Notes under the pieces: generated by a model
What the model was told of the DNA's origin: nothing
Seen by the model: the letters and a program-made list of their open reading frames with translations, nothing else
The model's database searches: none
Part shown: piece after piece, positions 47,837-56,870 of the stretch
How positions within the stretch are numbered: position 1 is the first letter of the stretch
Layout of the letters: each line of letters opens with the position of its first letter
Source of the DNA: an uncultured Gemmatimonadales bacterium
Lineage (GTDB): Bacteria; Gemmatimonadota; Gemmatimonadetes; Longimicrobiales; RSA9
Assembly: GCA_963783305.1 (NCBI GenBank)
Contig: CAWAMW010000007.1
Location: 64,001-128,000 of the forward strand
Direction: 5' to 3'
DNA length: 64,000 nucleotides
Program-made: the position numbers and the translations under genes

Positions 47837-49000
47837 ATGGCTCTTTCCAAGCGCGGGGTCGGCGTGGTGGTGGTGATCTTCGCGATCGCCGCACTGGGCG
47901 CCGGCGAGTACCTGCGGATCTCGAGCCATGGGGTGTCGGAGGTGGGAGGCTCCGGGGAGGACGGCGCTCCGGTGACGGCCGCGGCCTCGACCTTCTCCAC
48001 GGACGTGGCGATCGCCGTGGAGGGAGCCCCGGTCCAGCGGGGGACGCTGGTCCTGTGGGTCACGGCGTCGGGGCAGGCGGAGGCGTGGCGGCGGGCGGTG
48101 GTCACGGCGGAGGTGGCCGGTCGGGTGGATCGGGTGTCCGTGCGGGAGTCGGATCGCGTGGGCGGCGGGTCCGTCCTGGTGGCGCTGGCCGTGGTGGACA
48201 AGCAGTTGGCGCTGGACGAGGCGCGGGCGGCGCTGCGGGAGGCGGAGGGTCAGTACCGCGAGCAGCTTCTCTTCGATGGCGATCTGGCCGCGGATGTCCG
48301 CCGGGAGCGAGAGGCGGCGGCGCGTCTCAAGAGCGGGCTGGACCGGGCGGAGATCCAGCTGAGGCGGGCGGAGCTCGACCTGGAGCGGACGCGGATCCGG
48401 GCGCCGTTCGCAGGCCGCGTGGCCTCCATCGAGGTTCTGCCCGGGCAGCTGGTGGGGCAGGGGGCCGAGCTCATGACGGTGGTGGACCTGGACCCCATCA
48501 AGGTTCAGGTCCAGGTGCTGGAGGGCGAGCTTCCGCACCTCGAGCCGGGAGGCGCCGCCGAGATCCGGTTCTCAGCGTTCCCGGAGGAAGCGTTCGCCGC
48601 GACGATCGAGACGATCAACCCGCTGGTGGACGAACAGACCCGCACGGCCAGGGTCACCGCGCTGGTCCCGAACCCGGGCGGCCGCATCCTGCCGGGCATG
48701 TACGTGCGGGTGAAGCTCGAAGCGCAGCGTCTGACGGAGCGGGTGCTGGTGCCGCGCGAGGCGATTCTGGAGCGCGACCGTCGCACCATGCTCTTCGTCC
48801 ACGAGGACGGCCGCGCCAAGTGGCGCTATGTCACCACGGGGCTGGAGAACGAGGAGTACGTGGAGATCGTGGAGAGCCCCGAGACCGATATGCTGTCGCC
48901 CGGTGAGACCGTGCTCACGGGCGGTCACTTCACGCTCACGCACGACGCGCGGGTGCGCCTGGTCGAAGACCGCCGGGTCGAGGGCGGTAGGCCGCAGTGA
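47837..49000 (+). CDS. RND efflux periplasmic adaptor
   Basis: IRAPFAG, INPLVDEQTRT, ILPGMY, VPREAIL. Confidence 0.92.
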   Translation: MALSKRGVGVVVVIFAIAALGAGEYLRISSHGVSEVGGSGEDGAPVTAAASTFSTDVAIAVEGAPVQRGTLVLWVTASGQAEAWRRAVVTAEVAGRVDRVSVRESDRVGGGSVLVALAVVDKQLALDEARAALREAEGQYREQLLFDGDLAADVRREREAAARLKSGLDRAEIQLRRAELDLERTRIRAPFAGRVASIEVLPGQLVGQGAELMTVVDLDPIKVQVQVLEGELPHLEPGGAAEIRFSAFPEEAFAATIETINPLVDEQTRTARVTALVPNPGGRILPGMYVRVKLEAQRLTERVLVPREAILERDRRTMLFVHEDGRAKWRYVTTGLENEEYVEIVESPETDMLSPGETVLTGGHFTLTHDARVRLVEDRRVEGGRPQ

Positions 49001-50403
49001 GGCTGCCGCGTGGGGCGCCGACCCTCGCCGCACTCGCGCTCTCGCTCGGGCTGCTGCCGATGGGGCTCCTGTCGCTCACTACGGTCGTCCTCGGAGCGCA
49101 GGAGGCCAGTGCCGCCGAGGCGTTGACGTTCGAGCAGGCCGTGGCGGTGGCGCTGGAGCGCAACCCGGCGTATCTGCGGCAGGTGAACGCGGTGGAGGCG
49201 GCGGAGCACGGGGAGCGGCAGAGCGCGGGCGCGCTTCTGCCGAGCGTGTCGGCGAGCGTCGGGTACCGCGGTTACACATCGCGCAACAAGACGGCGTTCG
49301 ATGAGCTGGGCCGGCCGCTGGAGGAGCCGGATTTCGTGGAGACCACCACCAGCTCGGCGGGGCAGAGCGTGGGGGGTGGTGTGGACCTGCTGAACCTCCA
49401 GAACGTGAGGAGTTGGGGCGCCGCGCGGGCCCAGACGGAGGCGGTGGAGGCACGGGTGGGGCTGGAGGCGGCGCAGCTCCGCACGCAGGTGGGGCGCGCG
49501 TACTACGACGTGGTGCAGCGGGAGCAGCTGGTGGAGGTGGAGGAGCGGACGCTGCGAACCGCGCGGGAGCAGCTGGCGGCGATCCGGGAGCTGCTGCGCA
49601 TCGCCGCGAAGCAGCCCACCGACGTGCTGGGCGCCGAGCTGGACGTGGCGCGGGCCGAGCAGGCGCTCCAGCAGGCCCGGGGCGCCGCGCAGAAGGCGCA
49701 CCTGGCGCTGCGTCAGCGGATGGGCGTCGGGATGGAGCGGCCGTTCGACGTGGTGCGGGCGTTCGTGCCGGTGTTCGACCCGGCCGTGCTGGACGGCGCG
49801 GGGCTGAGCCGCATGGCGCTGGGCGAGAGCGCGCGGATGGCGGAGCAGCGGGCCACGGTGGCGGCGGCGGAGCAGTCGCTGTCGGCGGCGCGCGCGGCGC
49901 GGTACCCGACGCTGAGCGGCACGTACGGCTACAGCCGGGGCACGAGCGCCCGGGACTATGACGCCTTCGGGCAGCTGGACCTGCCGAACTCGAACTGGCA
50001 GTTCGGCCTCAGTGTGGAACTCCCGCTGTTCGATCGGTTCCAGACGTCGGCGGCCATCGGCCGGGCCGCGGTCGAAGCGGAGAACGCTCACGAGACGGAG
50101 CGCGAGGCGGCGCTGACGCTGGAGCAGGAGGTGCGCGCGGCGCTCATCGACCTGGAGAACGCCTACGCCGGCGTGCGGCTGGCGGAGCGGTCGGCGGAGA
50201 TCGCGAGGGAGCGGCTGCGGCAGGGACAGCAGCAGTACCGGCTCGGACGGCTGCAGGACTACACGGCGCTCCAACAGATGATCGACGCCGTGGCCCAGCA
50301 GGAGCGCACCGTTTCGGGCGCCTACTACAACTTCTCCGTAGCGCTGCTCACCCTCGAGGAAAAGGTGGGTGGGCCGGTGGCGGTGCCGGCGGTGGACGGA
50401 TGA
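48997..50403 (+). CDS. TolC family outer membrane protein
   Basis: Signal peptide, LTFEQAVAVALERNP, ARYPTLS, LPLFD. Confidence 0.88.
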   Translation: MRLPRGAPTLAALALSLGLLPMGLLSLTTVVLGAQEASAAEALTFEQAVAVALERNPAYLRQVNAVEAAEHGERQSAGALLPSVSASVGYRGYTSRNKTAFDELGRPLEEPDFVETTTSSAGQSVGGGVDLLNLQNVRSWGAARAQTEAVEARVGLEAAQLRTQVGRAYYDVVQREQLVEVEERTLRTAREQLAAIRELLRIAAKQPTDVLGAELDVARAEQALQQARGAAQKAHLALRQRMGVGMERPFDVVRAFVPVFDPAVLDGAGLSRMALGESARMAEQRATVAAAEQSLSAARAARYPTLSGTYGYSRGTSARDYDAFGQLDLPNSNWQFGLSVELPLFDRFQTSAAIGRAAVEAENAHETEREAALTLEQEVRAALIDLENAYAGVRLAERSAEIARERLRQGQQQYRLGRLQDYTALQQMIDAVAQQERTVSGAYYNFSVALLTLEEKVGGPVAVPAVDG

Positions 50404-53400
50404 GCCTGCCGCGGCGCTCCATAGGGCGGCCGGTGGCCGTCGCCATGGTCTTCCTGGCCGTGGCGTTCCTCGGGATGATCTCCTTCTCCCGTCTGCCCAT
50501 CGACCTGCTCCCGGACGTCTCCTACCCGCGTCTGGTGATCTATACGCAGTACACCGGCGTGGGCCCGGCGGAGGTGGAGCGTTTCGTCACCGCCCGCGTC
50601 GAGGAGCAGGTGGCGCGGGTCCCTGGCGTTCAGGAGGTGGAGAGTGTGAGCCGCGAGGGCGTCTCTCTGGTCACCGTCCGCTTCGTCTGGGGCACCAACA
50701 TGGAGTTCGCCGTGCTGAACGTGCGCGAGCGGCTCCAGACGCTGGACAACGTGCTCCCGGAGCAGTCCGACCGCCCGGTAGTCCTGCGCACCGACCCCCG
50801 GAGCGAACCCGTGATGGCCATCTCCGTGGCGGGTCAGAGTGACCTCCGAGGGCTGAAGGAGCTGGCGGAGTCGGTGTTCCGGCGGAGGCTGGAGCAGATC
50901 GATGGCGTCGCGCAGGTGGCGGTGACGGGCGGGCTGGAGCGGGAAATCCAGGTGGAGGTGGATCCGCGACGGCTGGAGTCGTTCGGCCTCACCATCGGGC
51001 AGATCGCCACCGCGCTGGAGGCGGCAAACTACAGCCTGCCCGGTGGCACGGTGCGGCGCGGCCGGTTCAGCTATCACCTCCGCACGCTGGGGGAGTTCGA
51101 GACGGTCCAGCAGATCGGCGACGTGGTGGTGGCTCGCCGGGGGGTTGCGGGCGGCGGATCCTCGGGCCCCGGCGGCGCCGGGGACACCAGCGGCAGCCCG
51201 GCGAGCGGCTCGGCGCTGGTCCTGCTGCGGGATGTAGCGACGGTGCGCGACGGGTTCGAGGACCGGGAAACAGTAGCGCGCTACAACCGGCAGGAGGCCG
51301 TGGGGCTGCTGCTGTTCAAGGAGTCGGACGCCAACACGGTTCGGGTGGCCGACGAGGTGGCGGGTGTGCTGGAGGAGCTTCGGGGCGAGTACGAGGAGCT
51401 CCACGTGGACGTGGCCATGAGCCAGGCGGGGTTCATCGCCGACGCCATCTCCAACGTGATTCAGGCGCTGGTGGTGGGGGGAATCCTCGCGTTCCTGGTG
51501 CTGTTCCTCTTCCTGCGGGACGCGCGCTATCCCGTGGCCATCGCGCTGGCGATCCCCATCTCCGTTGTGGGGACGTTCAGCCTGCTCGACCTGGCGGGCG
51601 TGTCGCTGAACATCATGAGCCTGGGCGGGCTGGCGCTGGGGGTCGGGATGCTGGTGGACAACAGCATCGTGGTGCTCGAGAACATCTTCCGCCACCGGCA
51701 GCTGCAGGCGGCCGGGGTCGAGGCGGGGTCGCTGGACGCGGCGGCGGTGGGCGCGGAGGAGGTGCAGGGGGCGATCACGGCCTCGACGCTCACCACCGTC
51801 AGTGTGTTCGGCCCCATCATCTACGTGGAGGGGGTGGCGGGGGAGCTATTCGGCGCGCTCTCCTTCGCGGTGGCGTTCTCGCTTCTGGCGAGCCTGCTGG
51901 TGGCGTTGACGCTGCTCCCCGCCATGGCGGCGCGGTGGGAGCGGGTGCCCTACGGACACGTGCCGTGGACGGCGCGCATCTTCCACACCGCGCGGCGCCG
52001 GGTGGGCAGCGGGTTCGCGCGGGTCTTCGGCCCCCCGCTGCGCGCGTTCGACCGGGCGTTCGACCGATTTGCCGCATGGTACCACGGAGTGCTGGCCGCC
52101 GCGCTCGTTCACCGCCGCCGGGTGGCGGTGGTGGCGGTCGTGCTCGTGGCGGGGACGCTCGGTCTGGGCGCCACGCTCGAGCGGAGCGTGCTCCCGGACG
52201 TGGATCAGGGATCGTTCCGCGTACGCGTGGAGCTGCCGAAGGGGACACCGCTGGACCGTACGGCGGACGTGACCGATCGGCTGGAGCAACTCTTCCTGGA
52301 GCAGCCCGGCGTGGACGCCGTGTTCAGCCAGATCGGCCGCCAGGTGGCGGTGGCGGGAATGGACGAGGACGAGACGGGCCAGCACACTGCCACGCTGGAG
52401 ATCCGACTGGAAGACCGCGTGGCCACGCGGGACGTGATCGAGGCGGTCCGGCCGAGGCTCCGCTCATTCCCGCCGGGCGCCGTGTCCGTGGAGAGGGGAC
52501 AGGCCACCGCTCTCGGCAGGATGATGGGCGGGAGCGACGCCGACATCGCCGTCCGGATCCGGGGCGATGATCTGGACGCCGCCCTCTCGTACGGTCAGAC
52601 GCTCCAATCGGTGCTGGGGGAGGTGCCGAGCCTCGCGAACGTGCGGCTGGGGGTCGAGCTCGGCCAGCCGGAGGTGCAGGTGGAGATCGATCGGGAGCGC
52701 GCCGCCGCGTACGGGATCGACCCGCGCCGGATCGCGGAGACGGTGGAGCGCTACATGCTCGGCGCGGAAGCCACGCAGTTCGTGGAGTTCGACCGCAAGA
52801 TCCCGGTGATGGTGCGGCTCCCGCAGGCCGACCGCCGATCGCTGACCACGCTCCGCGAGCTGCGCGTGGACGGCGTGCCGCTCCGGGAGCTGGTCCGGAC
52901 CCGGGAGGCGCTGGGTCCGAGCGAGATCCAGCGGCGCGAGCAGAGCCGGGTGGTGCCCGTGCTCGCCGACGTCGCGGGCGGTGGCCTGGCCGCCGCGGTG
53001 GCGGATGTCCGGACGGCGCTGGTCGGTCACCCGACCCCGCGCGGGCTCCGGGTGGAGATCGGCGGGGAGAACGAGGAGATGCGCAGGAGCTTCCGGGACC
53101 TGGGCTTCGCCTTCGCGCTGGCGCTTCTCCTGGTCTACATGATCCTCGCCGCGCAGTTCGAGTCGTTCGTCCACCCGTTCACCATCCTGCTGAGCGTACC
53201 GCTGGCGCTGGTGGGGGCGATCAGCGCGCTGTGGCTGGTGGGCGGCGGGCTCAACACCATGAGCCTGATCGGGATGGTGATCCTCGTGGGGATCGTGGTG
53301 AACGACGCCATCGTGAAGGTGGACTTCATCACGCAGGCGCGGGCCCGGGGCGCGTCGGTACAGGACGCGATCATGGAGGCCGGCTCCGCGCGGCTCCGGC

Positions 53401-53615
53401 CCATCATCATGACCACCGTCACCACCGTGCTGGGACTCACCCCCATGGCGCTCGGGATCGGCCGTGGCGCGGACCTGCGGGCGCCGCTGGCCGTGGCGGT
53501 CATCGGTGGACTCCTCACGGCCACGGCTCTGACCCTCATCGTGGTCCCCGTGGCGTACGACGTGGTGGAGTCGGCGCGTGCGCGTGTCCTCTCTCTGACG
53601 GGCGACGACGAGTGA
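50400..53615 (+). CDS. RND efflux permease (AcrB family), subunit 1
   Basis: LPIDLLPD, GMLVDNSIVVLENI, RLRPIIMT. Confidence 0.93.
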   Translation: MSLPRRSIGRPVAVAMVFLAVAFLGMISFSRLPIDLLPDVSYPRLVIYTQYTGVGPAEVERFVTARVEEQVARVPGVQEVESVSREGVSLVTVRFVWGTNMEFAVLNVRERLQTLDNVLPEQSDRPVVLRTDPRSEPVMAISVAGQSDLRGLKELAESVFRRRLEQIDGVAQVAVTGGLEREIQVEVDPRRLESFGLTIGQIATALEAANYSLPGGTVRRGRFSYHLRTLGEFETVQQIGDVVVARRGVAGGGSSGPGGAGDTSGSPASGSALVLLRDVATVRDGFEDRETVARYNRQEAVGLLLFKESDANTVRVADEVAGVLEELRGEYEELHVDVAMSQAGFIADAISNVIQALVVGGILAFLVLFLFLRDARYPVAIALAIPISVVGTFSLLDLAGVSLNIMSLGGLALGVGMLVDNSIVVLENIFRHRQLQAAGVEAGSLDAAAVGAEEVQGAITASTLTTVSVFGPIIYVEGVAGELFGALSFAVAFSLLASLLVALTLLPAMAARWERVPYGHVPWTARIFHTARRRVGSGFARVFGPPLRAFDRAFDRFAAWYHGVLAAALVHRRRVAVVAVVLVAGTLGLGATLERSVLPDVDQGSFRVRVELPKGTPLDRTADVTDRLEQLFLEQPGVDAVFSQIGRQVAVAGMDEDETGQHTATLEIRLEDRVATRDVIEAVRPRLRSFPPGAVSVERGQATALGRMMGGSDADIAVRIRGDDLDAALSYGQTLQSVLGEVPSLANVRLGVELGQPEVQVEIDRERAAAYGIDPRRIAETVERYMLGAEATQFVEFDRKIPVMVRLPQADRRSLTTLRELRVDGVPLRELVRTREALGPSEIQRREQSRVVPVLADVAGGGLAAAVADVRTALVGHPTPRGLRVEIGGENEEMRRSFRDLGFAFALALLLVYMILAAQFESFVHPFTILLSVPLALVGAISALWLVGGGLNTMSLIGMVILVGIVVNDAIVKVDFITQARARGASVQDAIMEAGSARLRPIIMTTVTTVLGLTPMALGIGRGADLRAPLAVAVIGGLLTATALTLIVVPVAYDVVESARARVLSLTGDDE

Positions 53616-56600
53616 TCCGACTCGCGATCCGGCGCCCCGTTGCCGTGACGATGGCGTACCTGGCCATCGCCGTGATGGGCTACGCGGCCTGGCGCAACAT
53701 CCCGCTGGAGCTGCTGCCCGAGACGAGTCTGCCGCAGTTGATCGTGCAGGCGCAGTGGCCGGGGTCCTCGCCCGAGGCCATGGAAGCGTTCGTCACTTCA
53801 CCGCTGGAAGGTGTGATCCAGCAGATCGCCGGCGTGGAGAAGGTCACCTCCACGTCGCAGGCCGGGTCGGCTTCGATTCAGGTCGAGTTCGGCCGGTCCA
53901 CCGATATGAATTTCGCGCGCCTCGAGCTGTCCGAGCGTCTGACCGGCCTGCAGGACGACCTGCCGGCGCGCGTGACGCCCACGATCATCCCGTACGTCCC
54001 CCGCGAGTTCCGGGAGCAGCAGCGCGCGTTCCTCGAGTACACCGTCACGGGGCCCTACACGCCGGAGGCGCTGCGCGCGCACGTCCAGGACGTGTTGAAG
54101 CCGGAGATCACGCAGGTGAGCGGCGTCAACGACGTGGAAGTCCACGGCGGGCGGGACCGGCTGCTGGAGATCGAGGTCGACCCCCGCCGCGCGGACGCCC
54201 TCGCACTCCCACCGCAGCAGATCCGCCAGCGGATCCTGGAGCTCGAGTACGTCAAGGAGGCGGGCTTCGTGGACGTTGGCGGGGCGCTCCGGACCGTGGC
54301 GGTGCGGCACCGGGCGGAGTCGGTGCAGGACATTCTGGACCTGCCCGTGCTCACGGACCGTGGCCGGATCGTCCGTCTCCGCGACGTGGCCGTGGTCCAT
54401 GACACCTACGAGGATGCGCGGCAGCTGTACCGCATCGACGGGTTCCCTGCCGTGAGCTTCACCGTGCACAAGGAGCTGGGTACCAACGTGGTGGCCGTGG
54501 CCGACGCGGTGAAGGCCCGGCTCGAGGAGGTCTCGGCGCTCCACCCGCCGGGCACCCGCCTCATCCTGGACGAGGACGAGAGCGAGGCCGTGAAGACCCA
54601 GCTCTCCGACCTGCGCACCCGCGCCGGCGTGGCGGCCGTGGCGATCTTCGCCGTGCTCCTCCTGTTCCTGGGCTCGCTCCGCTCCGCCGTGGTGGTGTTC
54701 GCCACCATCGCGTTCAGCGTGCTCATCACGGTCAACCTCATCTACTTCGGCGGCATGACGCTGAACGTGCTCACGCTCATGGGCATCGCCATGGGCTTCG
54801 GGCTCATCGTCGACAACGCCATCGTGGTGCTGGAGAACATCTACCGTCGGCGGAAGCTCGGGGACTCCCCGGAAGACGCCGCGGAGCGCGGCGCACGCGA
54901 AGTGGTCCTCCCGATCCTGGCCGCCACCCTCACCACCCTCGTCGTGCTCATCCCGTTCGTGTACCTCCAGGGCGAGCTCCAGGTCTACTACGTCCCGCTG
55001 GCCATCGTGGTGGGCTTCAGCCTGCTGGCCAGCCTCTTCGTGGCCTTCAGCTTCATACCGGGGCTGGCCAGCCGACTCCTCGGCAGCGTCCCTCCCGACC
55101 CACGCGGAGGCGCCATCCCCGAACTCGCCCGCCGCTACGCCGAAGAGCTGACCGCCCTCCGCGCCGCAGCCGCCCCCCGCGCCGCAGCCGCCCCCTGGTA
55201 CGTCCGCCTCTACGCCACCATGGTCGGCTTCACGCTGCTGCACCCCGTGGCCACGCTGGTAGTCGCGCTGGCCATGCTCGGCGGCTCCTACCACGTGTTC
55301 GACAGGTACGTGACGCGTGGGATCCTGTGGGGGAACTGGTGGGGGCAGGACAACCACATCGAAATCCAGGTCCGGATGCCACGGGGGGAGGAGCTGGAGC
55401 GGGTGGATGCGCTGACGCTCTACTTCGAGGACCGGCTCGAGCGGATCCCCGAGGTGGAGCGCTTCGTGACCCACGTCTACCCGTCGTTCAGCAGGATCCA
55501 GGTGACGTTCCCGGACTCGCTGGAAGCGACCCAGATACCGGCGGCGATCAAGGAGCAGATGCTGGCGTACAGCCACCAGTTCGGCGGCATGGACGTGCGG
55601 GTGTACGGGTACGGCCCGAGCTTCTACGGGGGTGGCAGCAGCCCGCCGAATTACACGATCCAGGTGTTCGGCTACAACTACGAGAAGGTGCGGGAGATCG
55701 CGGCGGACCTGGGCGATCGACTGACGCGGTTCAGCCGGATCCGCGAGGTGGACACGAACTCGGGCGGGCGCTTCACCCGGGACAAGGAGACGGAGCTGGT
55801 GCTGTCGCTGGACAGGGAGCGTCTGGCGCTGCACGGGCTGAGCGCGCGGGACGTGGTGTGGCAGGTGACGGCGGCGACGCAGAGCGGGGCGCAGAACCAG
55901 GAAGTGCGCCTCGCGGGAGAGGAGCTGCAGTTCGCGGTGAAGCTGGCCGGGAACCGGCAGCTGGACCTTCTCGGGCTCCAGGACCTGATGCTGCCGTCAC
56001 CCGCCGGGTCGGCGGTCCGGCTCGGGGACGTGGCGCGCCTGGATGAGCGCGCGGTGCTCGCCCGGATCGAGCGGGAGGACCAGAAGTACAGGCGCTTCGT
56101 CGCGTACGAGTTCCTGGGGCCCACCAGGCTGGGCGACCGCGTGCGGGAAGCGGTGATCGAGAACACCTTCCTCCCACCGGGCTACAGCATCGAGACGGGC
56201 AACGACTGGCGGTGGGACGAGGACGAGAAGCGGCAGATCTACGGCGTCCTGATCCTCTCCGTGGTGCTGGTATTCATGGTCACGGCGGCGCTGTTCGAGA
56301 GCCTGCGGCAGCCGCTCACCGTGCTCATGGCCGTGCCCATGGCGCTGATCGGCGTGTTCCTCATCTTCTTCTACACCGACGCGGGGTTCACCCGGGAGGC
56401 GTACGTAGGCGTGATCATGATGGGAGGGATCGTCGTGAACAACGCCATCCTCCTGGTGGACCACATCAATCACCTGCGGCGTGTGGAGGGAATGGCGCTG
56501 GAGCCGGCCACGCTGCGGGGCACGCTCGAGCGCGTTCGCCCCATCCTCATGACGAGCACGACAACGATCGCGGGGCTGCTCCCGCTCGTCCTCTTCAGCG

Positions 56601-56764
56601 AGACGGCCAATGAGAGCATCTGGAACGCTCTGGCGTACTCACTGATCGGCGGCCTGACGAGCTCGACCGTGCTGGTGCTGACCGTGACCCCCGCGCTCTA
56701 CCTGCTTCTCGAGCGGCCGGCAGCCAGAGCGCGTACAACCATTCTGGCAGGTCAGGCGTCGTAA
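53612..56764 (+). CDS. RND efflux permease (AcrB family), subunit 2
   Basis: GTGA overlap start; IPLELLPE, GLIVDNAIVVLENI, RVRPILMT. Confidence 0.93.
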   Translation: MIRLAIRRPVAVTMAYLAIAVMGYAAWRNIPLELLPETSLPQLIVQAQWPGSSPEAMEAFVTSPLEGVIQQIAGVEKVTSTSQAGSASIQVEFGRSTDMNFARLELSERLTGLQDDLPARVTPTIIPYVPREFREQQRAFLEYTVTGPYTPEALRAHVQDVLKPEITQVSGVNDVEVHGGRDRLLEIEVDPRRADALALPPQQIRQRILELEYVKEAGFVDVGGALRTVAVRHRAESVQDILDLPVLTDRGRIVRLRDVAVVHDTYEDARQLYRIDGFPAVSFTVHKELGTNVVAVADAVKARLEEVSALHPPGTRLILDEDESEAVKTQLSDLRTRAGVAAVAIFAVLLLFLGSLRSAVVVFATIAFSVLITVNLIYFGGMTLNVLTLMGIAMGFGLIVDNAIVVLENIYRRRKLGDSPEDAAERGAREVVLPILAATLTTLVVLIPFVYLQGELQVYYVPLAIVVGFSLLASLFVAFSFIPGLASRLLGSVPPDPRGGAIPELARRYAEELTALRAAAAPRAAAAPWYVRLYATMVGFTLLHPVATLVVALAMLGGSYHVFDRYVTRGILWGNWWGQDNHIEIQVRMPRGEELERVDALTLYFEDRLERIPEVERFVTHVYPSFSRIQVTFPDSLEATQIPAAIKEQMLAYSHQFGGMDVRVYGYGPSFYGGGSSPPNYTIQVFGYNYEKVREIAADLGDRLTRFSRIREVDTNSGGRFTRDKETELVLSLDRERLALHGLSARDVVWQVTAATQSGAQNQEVRLAGEELQFAVKLAGNRQLDLLGLQDLMLPSPAGSAVRLGDVARLDERAVLARIEREDQKYRRFVAYEFLGPTRLGDRVREAVIENTFLPPGYSIETGNDWRWDEDEKRQIYGVLILSVVLVFMVTAALFESLRQPLTVLMAVPMALIGVFLIFFYTDAGFTREAYVGVIMMGGIVVNNAILLVDHINHLRRVEGMALEPATLRGTLERVRPILMTSTTTIAGLLPLVLFSETANESIWNALAYSLIGGLTSSTVLVLTVTPALYLLLERPAARARTTILAGQAS

Positions 56765-56870
56765 AGGATAGTGTAGCTCGGACCGCCGCGGCATTTTACC
56801 CCCCGCCCGGCGGCCGGTGGTCTTCCCGCCGCGCGGCGGGCCCTGTTCAAACTCCAGAGGTGAAGAGCCC